NCBI GenBank assembly: GCA_944363855.1
Contig: CALVVM010000056.1
Span: 1 to 53,478, forward strand
Direction of reading: 5' to 3'
Source: an uncultured Bacilli bacterium
GTDB taxonomy: Bacteria; Bacillota_I; Bacilli_A; RF39; UBA660
Length of the DNA: 53,478 nt
This document shows positions 1 to 9,594 of this stretch, in pieces. The notes beneath the pieces were generated by a model. It saw nothing but the letters and a program-made list of their open reading frames with translations. It was not told where the DNA came from and ran no database searches. The stretch's first letter is position 1. Every line of letters begins with the position of its first letter. The translations under genes were made by a program, and so were the position numbers.

Positions 1-45
1 ATGCCACAGTCAAAGTGTGGTGCCTTACCGCTTGGCTACGAGGCA
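1..45 (-). tRNA. tRNA-Gln (anticodon UUG), 5' portion only, truncated by window edge
   Basis: Reverse complement reads TGCCTCG-TA-GCCA..AGGC-A-CCACA-CTTTGAC-TGTGG: acceptor, D arm and anticodon stem-loop with TTG at positions 34-36. Confidence 0.6.
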
Positions 46-88
46 ATTTAACATTGACAATACGCGGCATGTTTTTTACAAAACAAAG

Positions 89-172
89 TGGTGGAAGGAG
101 ATGGATTTGAACCATCGAACCCGAAGGAACAGATTTACAGTCTGCCGCGTTTGGCCACTTCGCTACCCTTCC
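89..172 (-). tRNA. tRNA-Tyr (anticodon GUA), long variable arm, encoded CCA
   Basis: Reverse complement GGAAGGGTAGCGAAGTGG...GCAGA-CTGTAAA-TCTGT...GGTTCAAATCC...CCTTCCACCA folds as a cloverleaf by hand. Confidence 0.85.
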
Positions 173-179
173 ATAAAAA

Positions 180-255
<76 letters not shown>

Positions 256-262
256 AAAAAAA

Positions 263-339
263 TGGTGGGCGATATAGGACTCGAACCTATGACCCCTTGC
301 TTGTAAGGCAAGTGCTCTAACCAACTGAGCTAATCGCCC
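263..339 (-). tRNA. tRNA-Val (anticodon UAC), encoded CCA
   Basis: Reverse complement GGGCGATTAGCTCAGTTGGTTAGAGC...CTTACAA...GGTTCGAGTCC...ATCGCCCACCA. Confidence 0.85.
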
Positions 340-407
340 GAAAAACATTGACAGTATTAACTATACCACGCAGAATTAATTTTGTCAATATAAAATTTAA
401 TGATTTT

Positions 408-755
408 TTATTTTTTTAAAGATTCTTCTATCCAAATGGGCAATTTATACTCTAAAGTTTTAAAGCCAAGTGATGTTTCTTTAATCTTTTTCCTTTTAAT
501 TGCTATATTTTTCTTATACTCTATATTTTTTATACTAAGCTTTAAATGGCCTAACTCTTCGTCGACATCTAAAATTTCAACAAATATTAAATCTCCAATT
601 TTTACAAAATCAGTTATATTTTTTACAAATCCATGCGATATTTCTGAAATATGTATCAACCCTGTATAATAATCATCACAAGAAACAAATACCCCATACG
701 ATTCTATACCAGATACAGTACCTCTAACTATTCTTCCTTTCTTAATTTTTGACAT
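408..755 (-). CDS. S1 RNA-binding domain protein (general stress protein 13 / YugI-like)
   Basis: GRIVRGTVSGIESYGVFV...GLIHISEISHGFV...GD.I.V.ILDVD is a typical S1 OB-fold signature; 115 aa. Confidence 0.75.
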   Translation of the reverse strand: MSKIKKGRIVRGTVSGIESYGVFVSCDDYYTGLIHISEISHGFVKNITDFVKIGDLIFVEILDVDEELGHLKLSIKNIEYKKNIAIKRKKIKETSLGFKTLEYKLPIWIEESLKK

Positions 756-849
756 ATTACCACCTGCTGAAATTATAACACATTTTTATTAAGAAAAAAA
801 GTCTTTACAAAACTCTAATACTGTTATATAATACATCTCGGTGATATAA

Positions 850-1080
850 ATGAAAGAAATCGAAGCAAAAATAGAGGCTATTATAAATAAATTAAGACCG
901 TTTTTAATAAATGATGGTGGGAATATTGAATTTGTAAAATTTGAAAATAACGTTGTATACATTAGAATGATGGGAGCGTGTGCCAATTGCCAAATGTTAG
1001 ACTTAACATTAAATGATGGAATTGCAGCTGCTATTATGAACGAAGTGCCTGAAGTAGAAGATGTTGTAAACTTAAGTTAA
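850..1080 (+). CDS. NifU-like Fe-S cluster assembly domain protein
   Basis: 76 aa; RPFLINDGGNIEFV...V.IRMMGACANCQM matches the NifU C-terminal domain CxxC motif. Confidence 0.8.
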   Translation: MKEIEAKIEAIINKLRPFLINDGGNIEFVKFENNVVYIRMMGACANCQMLDLTLNDGIAAAIMNEVPEVEDVVNLS

Positions 1081-1955
1081 TTTTCTAACCATTCAATTTC
1101 AGGAATTCTAAAGTTTAATCTTATATAAATATATATTTTCTTTAGGAATGCTTCATACGAAGCATTCTTTTTTGTATATACTTCTATTTTTTCTTCACCA
1201 ATAAATCCTTGTATTATTTGATCATATATATCAAAATAATAAGACGGATACATTAATCTAGCTAAAAGTAATATACATTCGGTATCGTTAAAATTCAATA
1301 TATCTATGTAACGACAAACATCATCATAATCTACATTTTTAGTAAAATAATTAATTTTTATATATTCTCCAATATCTCTTGTCTTACTATCTACTACAAA
1401 ATTTACGGGATTAAAAAAATCATCTAATTTTTCATTTTGTTTTATTCGTCTATGACACATAAAAAATCTTATATCTTTTTCTTTTGCATAATTAAGTAAA
1501 TTTATGGCGGTTTCGCTAAGTCCTATATAGTAATCAAAACTATTTTTTAATTTTTTATATTTATGAGCCAATTGACTCATTTGGTATTCATAATAGTCAA
1601 TTTTTTCTTTCCATAATTTTTTCCATTCAAGTTTTACTTCACAATGTATTGGTATATCATAAGTTATTATTTCTTTCAAATTAACTTTATTATTTATTGA
1701 CAAGTTTTTTTTCAATAATAAATATGGTTTACTTTCATAAAATGTTAAAATTTTTTTTTCTTTATTAAATATAATTTGATGACAATATTTATTACTGTTT
1801 ACAACAGTAATGTAATTTTTATAAAAAACATTTACATCACCATAAAAAGGAATAAATTCATAAAATTTATTATCTGATTGAAAAATAAATTTTCCTTCTG
1901 ATTTTTTAAAAGCTTTTAAGTCTAAATTATAATAGTAATTTATTAAATTTTTCAT
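1077..1955 (-). CDS. Hypothetical protein, possibly spore coat-associated YutH/CotS-like kinase-fold protein
   Basis: 292 aa. FMCHRRI...VVDSKTRDIGEYI is positioned like the HGD / IDxD motifs of CotS-family proteins but is degenerate. It is adjacent to a nifU-like gene, as yutH is to yutI in B. subtilis. Confidence 0.35.
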   Translation of the reverse strand: MKNLINYYYNLDLKAFKKSEGKFIFQSDNKFYEFIPFYGDVNVFYKNYITVVNSNKYCHQIIFNKEKKILTFYESKPYLLLKKNLSINNKVNLKEIITYDIPIHCEVKLEWKKLWKEKIDYYEYQMSQLAHKYKKLKNSFDYYIGLSETAINLLNYAKEKDIRFFMCHRRIKQNEKLDDFFNPVNFVVDSKTRDIGEYIKINYFTKNVDYDDVCRYIDILNFNDTECILLLARLMYPSYYFDIYDQIIQGFIGEEKIEVYTKKNASYEAFLKKIYIYIRLNFRIPEIEWLEN

Positions 1956-2005
1956 ATTATTCCTCGATTAATTTTATGCAAAAAAAAAGATAACTTAACA
2001 ATAAA

Positions 2006-2716
2006 TTATCCTAAAATACTTTTTATATTTTCTAATTTCTCATTTAATTTTTTTATTTGTTCTTCCAACTCTTGATTTTTTTCTTGTTCTTCAAAAAATC
2101 TTGATCTATAATCAATTATTACATCACCATCTTTTATATTAGAAGTTGTAGACGAAGGTATAGTATTTAAGTTTTCTAAAGGGATTGAGGAATCTTTCAT
2201 AACAGCATTTGATATTGGTTCTAAAGGTTGAATCGGCGTTAATGCATCATTTGATGTTAAATTGTTATAGTTTTTTGAAAAATCTCCTAATGAAAGTGTT
2301 TCCATAGAAGTTCCAACATTTACTTTAAAATTATTTTCTATTACGTTTTTCATCAACTTAAACTTATTTTTGTTAACAATCTTTAAATTTGTTAGCATAT
2401 TTATTGGTAAATATTGAATTTCACTATTGATAGTATTGTTCTTCTTATCTTCTACTATTTTCATAATAGAATCTTGAACGCTTGCCCATTCCTCTGGATT
2501 AGATATTTCCATTCCAAGCATATATCCGGTATCAATAGGTCCTGTTGGTGTATTTTGAATTTCTTTACACACTTGTACAACATATAACCTAACATAATCG
2601 TTTTCATCTAGTTCTCTCATTGTATAAATAAAATAGTATTTTGAGTTGAATACGTAAAATATACCGTTTACAGTTAATTCAGTACCATTATCCAAAAATA
2701 TTTTTGTATTTTCCAT
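2006..2716 (-). CDS. Hypothetical protein with C-terminal coiled-coil
   Basis: 236-aa ORF in a gene-dense context; the N-terminal beta-rich region vaguely resembles DUF1292; the C-terminus EEQEKNQELEEQIKKLNEKLENIK looks like a coiled coil. Confidence 0.5.
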   Translation of the reverse strand: MENTKIFLDNGTELTVNGIFYVFNSKYYFIYTMRELDENDYVRLYVVQVCKEIQNTPTGPIDTGYMLGMEISNPEEWASVQDSIMKIVEDKKNNTINSEIQYLPINMLTNLKIVNKNKFKLMKNVIENNFKVNVGTSMETLSLGDFSKNYNNLTSNDALTPIQPLEPISNAVMKDSSIPLENLNTIPSSTTSNIKDGDVIIDYRSRFFEEQEKNQELEEQIKKLNEKLENIKSILG

Positions 2717-2782
2717 AATATCACCTTTTTATTCTAAAACAATTATAATCTAATAATCAAAAAAAAGCAATAGAAAAAGATA

Positions 2783-3523
2783 TCAATAATAGACATCTTT
2801 TAAATACAAACCGCAAGCCGGGGCACATATCCCTGCTTTGGTTCTATCTTTCATTTCTAAAATATTTATAATATCTTCGCTTTTGTATTTCCCTTCACCA
2901 ATTTCTATAAGCATTCCTACAATGTTTCTAACCATATATCTCATAAAACCTGTTCCTAGAATAGAAATGGTGATTTGATTTACATTTTTGACATCTCTTA
3001 TTAAAGTTGTTTGGACAATAGTTCTTGTGTAGTCATCCTTTTCCTCGTCAATTTTTACAAAAGATCTAAAATCATGAGTACCTTCTAAATATTTGAGGGC
3101 TCTTTCCATTTCTGGAATATCTAATTTTTTATTATACTGAAATATATAATCTTTTTCAATTGGATTATAATTTCCCATATTTATTTTATATATATATTCT
3201 TTTGCTTTCACATTAAATCTAGCATGAAAATCTGGAGAGGCCTCATAAACATTTTTTACATATATATCATTCGGTATCAAACTGTTTAAAGCTTGTTTTA
3301 ATTTAGCACAAGTTATTTCTGTTTCTAAATCAAAATGTGCACTTTGGTTATACGCATGGACTCCAGCGTCTGTTCTTCCTGACGCGGATACAGAAACATT
3401 TTTACCAGCATTTATTTGTTTTAAAGCCTTTTCCAATTCTCCTTGTATAGTCTTAGCTCTAGGCTGCCTTTGATATCCATTATATTTTGAACCATCATAA
3501 GAAAAAGTTATAAAATATCTCAC
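2783..3523 (-). CDS. truA: tRNA pseudouridine(38-40) synthase TruA
   Basis: MRYFITFSYDGSKYNGYQRQP...GRTDAGVHA catalytic Asp motif; 246 aa; follows the ecfT-like gene as in Bacillus. Confidence 0.92.
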   Translation of the reverse strand: MRYFITFSYDGSKYNGYQRQPRAKTIQGELEKALKQINAGKNVSVSASGRTDAGVHAYNQSAHFDLETEITCAKLKQALNSLIPNDIYVKNVYEASPDFHARFNVKAKEYIYKINMGNYNPIEKDYIFQYNKKLDIPEMERALKYLEGTHDFRSFVKIDEEKDDYTRTIVQTTLIRDVKNVNQITISILGTGFMRYMVRNIVGMLIEIGEGKYKSEDIINILEMKDRTKAGICAPACGLYLKDVYY

Positions 3524-4197
3524 AAAATCACTTCCTTAAATACTACGACAATAAATAAAATTAAAAATAAAATTAAGATAATTTTAGAAAAAATATTACT
3601 TGATCTATATGATAATTTATAAAATTTTGTTTTTAAGTCATATTGAAGTTCATTAAATTCATTTACTGAATTTATAAAAATCGGCATAATATAGTTTTTT
3701 AGGTTTAATTGTTTTTTCCCATACGTTACTTGTTTTTTTAATACACAATCCTTTTGATTAATTAAAATTTTCAAAAATTTTAATGCTAAAACAATATCAA
3801 AAGACAATTGTTCTATATCAAAATTAATCTTTTTTAAAGGTTTCAAGCAACCATATATTGATTGATGCAATTGATTAAAATTAGTATTAAAACAAAATAT
3901 TACAAAAAGTAATGCCACTATTATTAGTTTGTATGTAAAAATTAAAATATTAAATATATTATATTCAAACATAATTATATATATAATTAACAAAAATAAC
4001 AATAAAATATAGATTTTTTTTAATGTATTTACATATAGATTTACTTTTTTTCCTGTAGTAACCATTAATATTAAAGTTAGTGTTGTTATTAATAAAATTA
4101 AAAATACAGACCTAGCTAAAAACAAGCTAATACTTAAAATAAATAAACAAATTATTCTCACAGTTGGAGAAATTTTACTTATAATATTATTTTGCAT
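3520..4197 (-). CDS. ecfT: EcfT-like transmembrane component of an ECF transporter (highly diverged)
   Basis: 225-aa polytopic membrane protein in the ecfA-ecfA'-ecfT-truA position; the expected Ala-Arg-Gly coupling motifs read TYG and KTKF. Confidence 0.55.
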   Translation of the reverse strand: MQNNIISKISPTVRIICLFILSISLFLARSVFLILLITTLTLILMVTTGKKVNLYVNTLKKIYILLLFLLIIYIIMFEYNIFNILIFTYKLIIVALLFVIFCFNTNFNQLHQSIYGCLKPLKKINFDIEQLSFDIVLALKFLKILINQKDCVLKKQVTYGKKQLNLKNYIMPIFINSVNEFNELQYDLKTKFYKLSYRSSNIFSKIILILFLILFIVVVFKEVIL

Positions 4198-4990
4198 TTC
4201 TATATATATCCTTTATTAAATCATTTATATTATCTCTATATAATAATTTTATTTTTTTTCTTTTTAAAACAATATCTTTGAATTCCAATATTTTTGGCAT
4301 TTCCATACTACACTTATTTAAAATATTTTTATTTTTAAAAAAATTATATTTATCATTTTTAACTGCTAGTTTGTTGTCATCTATATATAAAACAACATCC
4401 GACGCTTCTAATAGAAAATCTGCATCACAGGAAGATAAAACAATTATCTTACCTTCTCTTTTTAATTGTTTTAATTTTTTTATCAATGTCTTCTTACCTT
4501 TTAAATCCAAATCAGAAGTTACATCATCTAGTAACAAAATTTTTTTGTCACTTAAAAGCACCAATATTAAAAGTATTTTTTTGAGTTCTCCATAGCTAAG
4601 CTCAGAATAATGTTTTTTTAAAACTGAATTATCCAACCCAAAGCCTTTTAATAATTCTTCTAATTTCTCTTCTTTAGGGATTCCTACATAATAATTTATA
4701 TCTTCCAAAATGTTTATATTAAATAATTGATTACAATAATCTTGCCTCAAATAAAATATATCTTTTCTAATTTCTTTTAGTTGTTTTTGCTTTCTATTTT
4801 TATCTAAAATATTTTTACCTAAATTAATTTTTCCATCAAATTTTAAATCTTGTCCGTAGATTAATTCGAAAACAGTTGTTTTTCCACTACCATTTTTCCC
4901 TACTACTGAAACTATTTGACCTTTAGTTATTTCGAAGTTAACTTTTTCAAATATATTTCTGTAACTTACATCAACGAATTTTACTGCCAT
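4187..4990 (-). CDS. ecfA2: ECF transporter ATPase subunit EcfA2-like (degenerate catalytic motifs)
   Basis: Walker A GKNGSGKT and Q-loop YLRQD are present; signature is LSYGE, Walker B LLLDDVTSDLD, H-loop position SSCD. Confidence 0.65.
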   Translation of the reverse strand: MAVKFVDVSYRNIFEKVNFEITKGQIVSVVGKNGSGKTTVFELIYGQDLKFDGKINLGKNILDKNRKQKQLKEIRKDIFYLRQDYCNQLFNINILEDINYYVGIPKEEKLEELLKGFGLDNSVLKKHYSELSYGELKKILLILVLLSDKKILLLDDVTSDLDLKGKKTLIKKLKQLKREGKIIVLSSCDADFLLEASDVVLYIDDNKLAVKNDKYNFFKNKNILNKCSMEMPKILEFKDIVLKRKKIKLLYRDNINDLIKDIYRNAK

Positions 4991-5772
4991 ATTTCATCCA
5001 CCATTTCATCCATTTCATAAATTGGTCTATCTATTAGTTCATAGGACATAATTTTATTTGATAAATCACTCATAAAAGGCAATTCTATATCATTTTTTAT
5101 AAACAAGTTTTCATTTTGTAATAATTCTTCTAATTCTCCTTGTTCAACTATTTTACCATCTTTAATTACTACCAAATTATCAGCAAGCATCAAATCTTCT
5201 CCGCTATTTGTAGTAAACAAAATTATATTCTTTTTATTTTTCTTTAAGCCTTTTAAATGTGAAATAATTTTTTCTTTATAGTATTCATCTAATGAATCAA
5301 ATAAGTTATCTATTAAAATTAATTTTGGACTATGTGCGATACTTTGAGCAAAAGCAACAACTTTTTTTTGAGAGTGTGATAATGTATTTACCTCTTTATA
5401 TAATAAGTCATCTATACCTATTCTTTTTGTTAATTCATAAACAATTTTTTTAGCATTTTCTTCTTGATAATTTAAATTAAGTAACGGCTCTATAAGATTT
5501 GAAATTACACTTTTGTTCTCCAATATTTTTGTATTTAAATATATTCCTATATTTTTTATTTGATCTTCAATATTTGTCTTATCAAAAACCACACCATCTA
5601 AACTTATAGTTCCAGAATAATCAATAAAACCAACAATACTTTTCAAAAGCATTGTCTTTCCACTACCGCTTTTTCCAACCAAAGCAGTCATTCTACCTGG
5701 TATTAATTCAAAACATACATCAGTTAAAATATCTTTAAAATATAAGTTTTCAACCTTTAATCCGCTCTTCAC
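4981..5772 (-). CDS. ecfA1: ECF transporter ATPase subunit EcfA1-like (degenerate catalytic motifs)
   Basis: Walker A GKSGSGKT is present; signature is LSHSQ, Walker B LILIDNLFDSLD, H-loop position TTNSGED; the C-terminal ELPFMSDL region is typical of EcfA. Confidence 0.65.
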   Translation of the reverse strand: MKSGLKVENLYFKDILTDVCFELIPGRMTALVGKSGSGKTMLLKSIVGFIDYSGTISLDGVVFDKTNIEDQIKNIGIYLNTKILENKSVISNLIEPLLNLNYQEENAKKIVYELTKRIGIDDLLYKEVNTLSHSQKKVVAFAQSIAHSPKLILIDNLFDSLDEYYKEKIISHLKGLKKNKKNIILFTTNSGEDLMLADNLVVIKDGKIVEQGELEELLQNENLFIKNDIELPFMSDLSNKIMSYELIDRPIYEMDEMVDEIWQ

Positions 5773-5870
5773 ATTATCACCTAGTTATTTATTATATTAT
5801 AGTTTTTTTTCAAAGTAAAGAAAAATAATATTTTTTTTAATATTGGAAATAATAACCTTAGGTGAATATT

Positions 5871-7340
5871 ATGAATCTACAAAATAGCATCAAAAAAAAT
5901 TTTGAAATGTTAAATAAATTGAATGGAAAAAGTAGTGATATTGTCACTAGGATTATAGAAAAAAACTCAAAAAAAATAGGATACATCTATTTAGAAAGTG
6001 TGAGTAGTGACGATAAAATAAGTGATTTTCTAAATAAAGCTGTTATTAACATGGATAGAAAGAAGCCATTTGATTCTTTTTATGATTTAATAAAAAACAG
6101 TATTTTTAATAGCAAAGTTAAATCTATTGATACTTTTGAAGACATGTTCTACCACTTATCTAGCGGATTTACTGTAATATTAATTGATAAATGCGATAAA
6201 GCTATCGTTGTTGAAACTAGACAAAAACTTGATAGAGGCGTAACTGAGTCAACAAGTGAGACTATCACTAGAGGTCCAAAGGATAGTTTTACTGAAAATC
6301 ATAATATGAACTTGGGTTTAATTAGAAAAAGAATTAAGGATTCCAATTTGTGGTACGAAGAAGTCATTGTTGGAAAAAGATCAAAATCAAAAGTAGCTGT
6401 TGCATACATAAAAGATATTGTTCCCAATTATAAAGTAAAAAAAATAATTGATGAACTAAAAAAAATAGATATAGACGCAGTAATTGACACTGGATATATA
6501 AGAGAGTTATTAGAAAAAGATCAAAAGTCAGTTTTTCCAAAAGTCATAAGTACTGAAAGGCCCGATTTTGCGAGTACTTCCCTACTAGATGGGAAAATTG
6601 TTATATTAGTTGAAAACTCTCCTTTTGTCATTATTCTTCCTGCTGTTTTAACTGACTTTTTTCACTCCCCAGAAGATAATTATCAAAAACCTTTCAATGT
6701 ATCATTTTCTAGGATACTTAGAGCAATATGTTTTTTTCTTGCTCTTTTAACTCCTGCATTATACATTTCTCTTATGACTTTCAATCATGAAATTATTCCA
6801 GATCAGTTACTTATCTCTTTAGCTATACAAAGAGAAGGAGTCCCGTTTCCAACAGCAATTGAGGTTTTACTATTTGTCCTAACTTTTGAAGTACTAAGAG
6901 AAGCAGATATTCATTCCCCATCTTTTTCTGGAAGTGCGATGAATGTAGTTGGAGCACTTATCTTAGGAGATGCAGCGGTTGCTGCAGGCATAGTTTCTCC
7001 TATAGTAATTATTATAATTGCGGCGACTTCCATTTCTGAACTAGTTTTTTATGATGTAGATATTATTGATGCGATAAGAGAATGGCGACTTTTGTTTATA
7101 TTAGCCGCAACTTTTATGGGACTCATTGGATTTGTTGCAATGTTTATTATTTTTATAGCTAAATTGTCTAGTTTAGAATGTCTTGGAACACCTTACCTAA
7201 CTCCTTTTAGTCCGCTTAAACTTAGAAGTTTAAAAAATAGTATAGTAAGATTTTCAAGAAAAGATTTAAAAAATAGACCTGAATATTTAACAAAAAACCT
7301 AAAGAGAATGGATGATAAATATGAAAAAAATAATTCTTAG
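5871..7340 (+). CDS. Spore germination protein, GerA family A subunit
   Basis: Typical GerAA layout: soluble N-domain (ESTSETITRGPKDSFTE, NLGLIRKRIK) then a C-terminal membrane domain. I prefer the ATG at 5871, preceded by AGGTGA, over the track's GTG at 5862. Confidence 0.88.
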   Translation: MNLQNSIKKNFEMLNKLNGKSSDIVTRIIEKNSKKIGYIYLESVSSDDKISDFLNKAVINMDRKKPFDSFYDLIKNSIFNSKVKSIDTFEDMFYHLSSGFTVILIDKCDKAIVVETRQKLDRGVTESTSETITRGPKDSFTENHNMNLGLIRKRIKDSNLWYEEVIVGKRSKSKVAVAYIKDIVPNYKVKKIIDELKKIDIDAVIDTGYIRELLEKDQKSVFPKVISTERPDFASTSLLDGKIVILVENSPFVIILPAVLTDFFHSPEDNYQKPFNVSFSRILRAICFFLALLTPALYISLMTFNHEIIPDQLLISLAIQREGVPFPTAIEVLLFVLTFEVLREADIHSPSFSGSAMNVVGALILGDAAVAAGIVSPIVIIIIAATSISELVFYDVDIIDAIREWRLLFILAATFMGLIGFVAMFIIFIAKLSSLECLGTPYLTPFSPLKLRSLKNSIVRFSRKDLKNRPEYLTKNLKRMDDKYEKNNS

Positions 7341-8499
7341 TTTAATTTTATTACTAACTTTAAGTGGATGCTGGAATTATAATGAATTAAATGAGTTTTC
7401 TATTGTTTCAGGAGTTGCTATTGATAAATCTGGTGATGAATATGAAATAAGTGTCTTGATTTCTAATTCTCCAAAAAGCAATAGCAGCGATAGTAATTCA
7501 AGTGAATCACAAGTAGTTGTTTATAGTGGTAAAGGTGAATCTATTTTCAGTGCACTTAAACAAATAGGTCTAATTTCTCCAAGTGAATTATATTTTGGAT
7601 CATTTTCAGTTTTAGTTATTTCTGAAGAAGTAGCTAAAGATGGAATTAACAATGCAATTGATTTTTTTGTAAGATATCCAAGTGCTAGAAAAAACTTCTA
7701 TGTAGTTCTTTCTAAAGATTCCAAAGCAAAAGATACTTTAAAAATAATGACTCCACTTTCATCCTTTCCTTCTCAACAAATAACAGATAACGTTAAAACT
7801 ACAACTGAATTACAAGGAATTATTGCTAGTACAAATTTCAACGATTTACTATCTACCATTTTGAGTGATGGTACTGAACTTTCTATAAATTGTATAAAAA
7901 TTATAGGAGATGTCGAAGAAGGTTCTAGTAAAGAAAATATAGAATCAAGTGAACCTAAAACATATACAAAACTGGGCAATCTTGGAATATTTAAGGAAGA
8001 TAAACTTGTTGATTGGGCAAATAGAGAGGAAAGTTTAGGAATAAATATAATTAAAGGAGCAACAGAGGAAATGTTTTTAGATATAGAGTATAAAGATGGA
8101 TATGTAGTAATAGATTCCACTAGTTTTTCATCTGATGTATCTGTTGAACTTAAAAATGAAGAACCTAAAGTAAATATAGGATTATCTGGAGAAGCAAGAA
8201 TTATAGAAGTCGAAGGTGATATTGACTTAAAAGATTCTAAAGTTATTGAAGAAATACAAAAGAAAGCTAATAAAAAAATAAAAAAAAGAGTTGAAGAAGC
8301 TATGGATTTAGCAATCAAAAACAAAACAGATATCTTTGGATTTGGTCAAATGTTTTATCAAAAATATCCTAAATATTTTAATAAAGAAAAAGAAAATTGG
8401 AATGAAAATTTAGACAAACTAAAAATCAATATAAGTAGTGATTTAATGCTTAAAAACAAGGTATCATCTAAAAATAGTTTGGAGGAAATAAATGATTAA
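7321..8499 (+). CDS. Spore germination lipoprotein, Ger(x)C family
   Basis: Lipobox LLLTLSGC after MKKIILSLI; size and position in the ger operon fit; an alternative start lies at 7312. Confidence 0.85.
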   Translation: MKKIILSLILLLTLSGCWNYNELNEFSIVSGVAIDKSGDEYEISVLISNSPKSNSSDSNSSESQVVVYSGKGESIFSALKQIGLISPSELYFGSFSVLVISEEVAKDGINNAIDFFVRYPSARKNFYVVLSKDSKAKDTLKIMTPLSSFPSQQITDNVKTTTELQGIIASTNFNDLLSTILSDGTELSINCIKIIGDVEEGSSKENIESSEPKTYTKLGNLGIFKEDKLVDWANREESLGINIIKGATEEMFLDIEYKDGYVVIDSTSFSSDVSVELKNEEPKVNIGLSGEARIIEVEGDIDLKDSKVIEEIQKKANKKIKKRVEEAMDLAIKNKTDIFGFGQMFYQKYPKYFNKEKENWNENLDKLKINISSDLMLKNKVSSKNSLEEIND

Positions 8500-9586
8500 G
8501 AAAAAAATTAATAATTTTGAAATAGGAACACTAAATTATTTTGTAACTAGAGCTTTTTTAGTCGGTATGACATTCAATGCTTTAATAAATGTTATGAAAA
8601 GAGATTCTTGGGTAATACCTCTTATAAGCATACCTTTTGATATATTATTTATATTTATAATTAACAAAATTATTGATTATGAACCTGATTTAAGTTTGCC
8701 ACAAAAAATTACTAAACTTTTTGGTAAAACAGTAGGAAAAATAATTCTTATACTAATTTCAATTTTTATAATCATAATGGGTATTTTGAATTACTTAACA
8801 CTGAACAATTTTATACAAAGTCAATTTTTAACTAGAACTCCATTGATAGCTATAGAAATTCTTTTTATGATTACTATTTTCTATATACTTTGTAAAGGAA
8901 TTACTGTAATAGCAAGGACCAGCAATATTCTTTTCTTTATAAATATAGTTTTGTTTTTTATTAGTTTCTCTGGTTTGATATCTTCTTTTAATATTTCTAA
9001 TTTAAAACCGATGTTTCAATCTAATATAGCTGATTATTTATCTGGAATAAACAGTTACTATGCATTTCACATTGTTCCTATGTTTTTGCTTACAATGATT
9101 CCCAAAAATTCAGTAGATAAACCAAAGCTTAAAAAAACTTTAATTATTTTTACAATAATATCTTCTATTACTATGGGAACAGTTATTTTTGCAACCTTAT
9201 CAACTTTAGGCTATCAATTAACTGCACTATATGAATATCCAGAGTTTCATGTATTAAAACAAGCAACAATTGTTGGAGTTTCATCTAGAATTGAAAGTAT
9301 TTTAGTTATTCAATTAATTTTTGATATATTTATCTACTGCACTCTTATCATTTATATGTTTGGAAATAATATTAAAGAAATATTCCAATTCAAAAAAATA
9401 AATTATATTTACTTATTTGGATGCATTCTTGTTACAATTGGAACTATATTTGCCGCAAAATATAACATATATGTTGATAATTTAATGATAAATATAATAC
9501 CTATAATATCTACTATATTTACTCTTTCTATAACTCTTATTACTTATTTTAAAATAATTTTTAGTAAAAAAAAGAAAACTTCGTAA
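8492..9586 (+). CDS. Spore germination permease, GerA family B subunit (APC superfamily)
   Basis: 364-aa protein with about 10 TM segments whose start overlaps the end of the C subunit gene. Confidence 0.82.
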   Translation: MIKKKINNFEIGTLNYFVTRAFLVGMTFNALINVMKRDSWVIPLISIPFDILFIFIINKIIDYEPDLSLPQKITKLFGKTVGKIILILISIFIIIMGILNYLTLNNFIQSQFLTRTPLIAIEILFMITIFYILCKGITVIARTSNILFFINIVLFFISFSGLISSFNISNLKPMFQSNIADYLSGINSYYAFHIVPMFLLTMIPKNSVDKPKLKKTLIIFTIISSITMGTVIFATLSTLGYQLTALYEYPEFHVLKQATIVGVSSRIESILVIQLIFDIFIYCTLIIYMFGNNIKEIFQFKKINYIYLFGCILVTIGTIFAAKYNIYVDNLMINIIPIISTIFTLSITLITYFKIIFSKKKKTS

Positions 9587-9594
9587 TGAAGTTT

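Noticed and set aside
7773-8324. 183-aa ORF antisense to the Ger(x)C gene. Similar antisense ORFs lie at 400-669, 789-986, 4278-4595, 14370-14636, 15477-15713, 18305-18535, 20194-20427, 22207-22548, 23005-23919, 24391-25148, 28227-28409, 28816-29040, 29533-29733 and 33532-33717
   Set aside because: These are shadow ORFs opposite well-supported genes in AT-rich DNA. They have low-complexity Ser/Leu/Phe/Ile-rich translations and no RBS.
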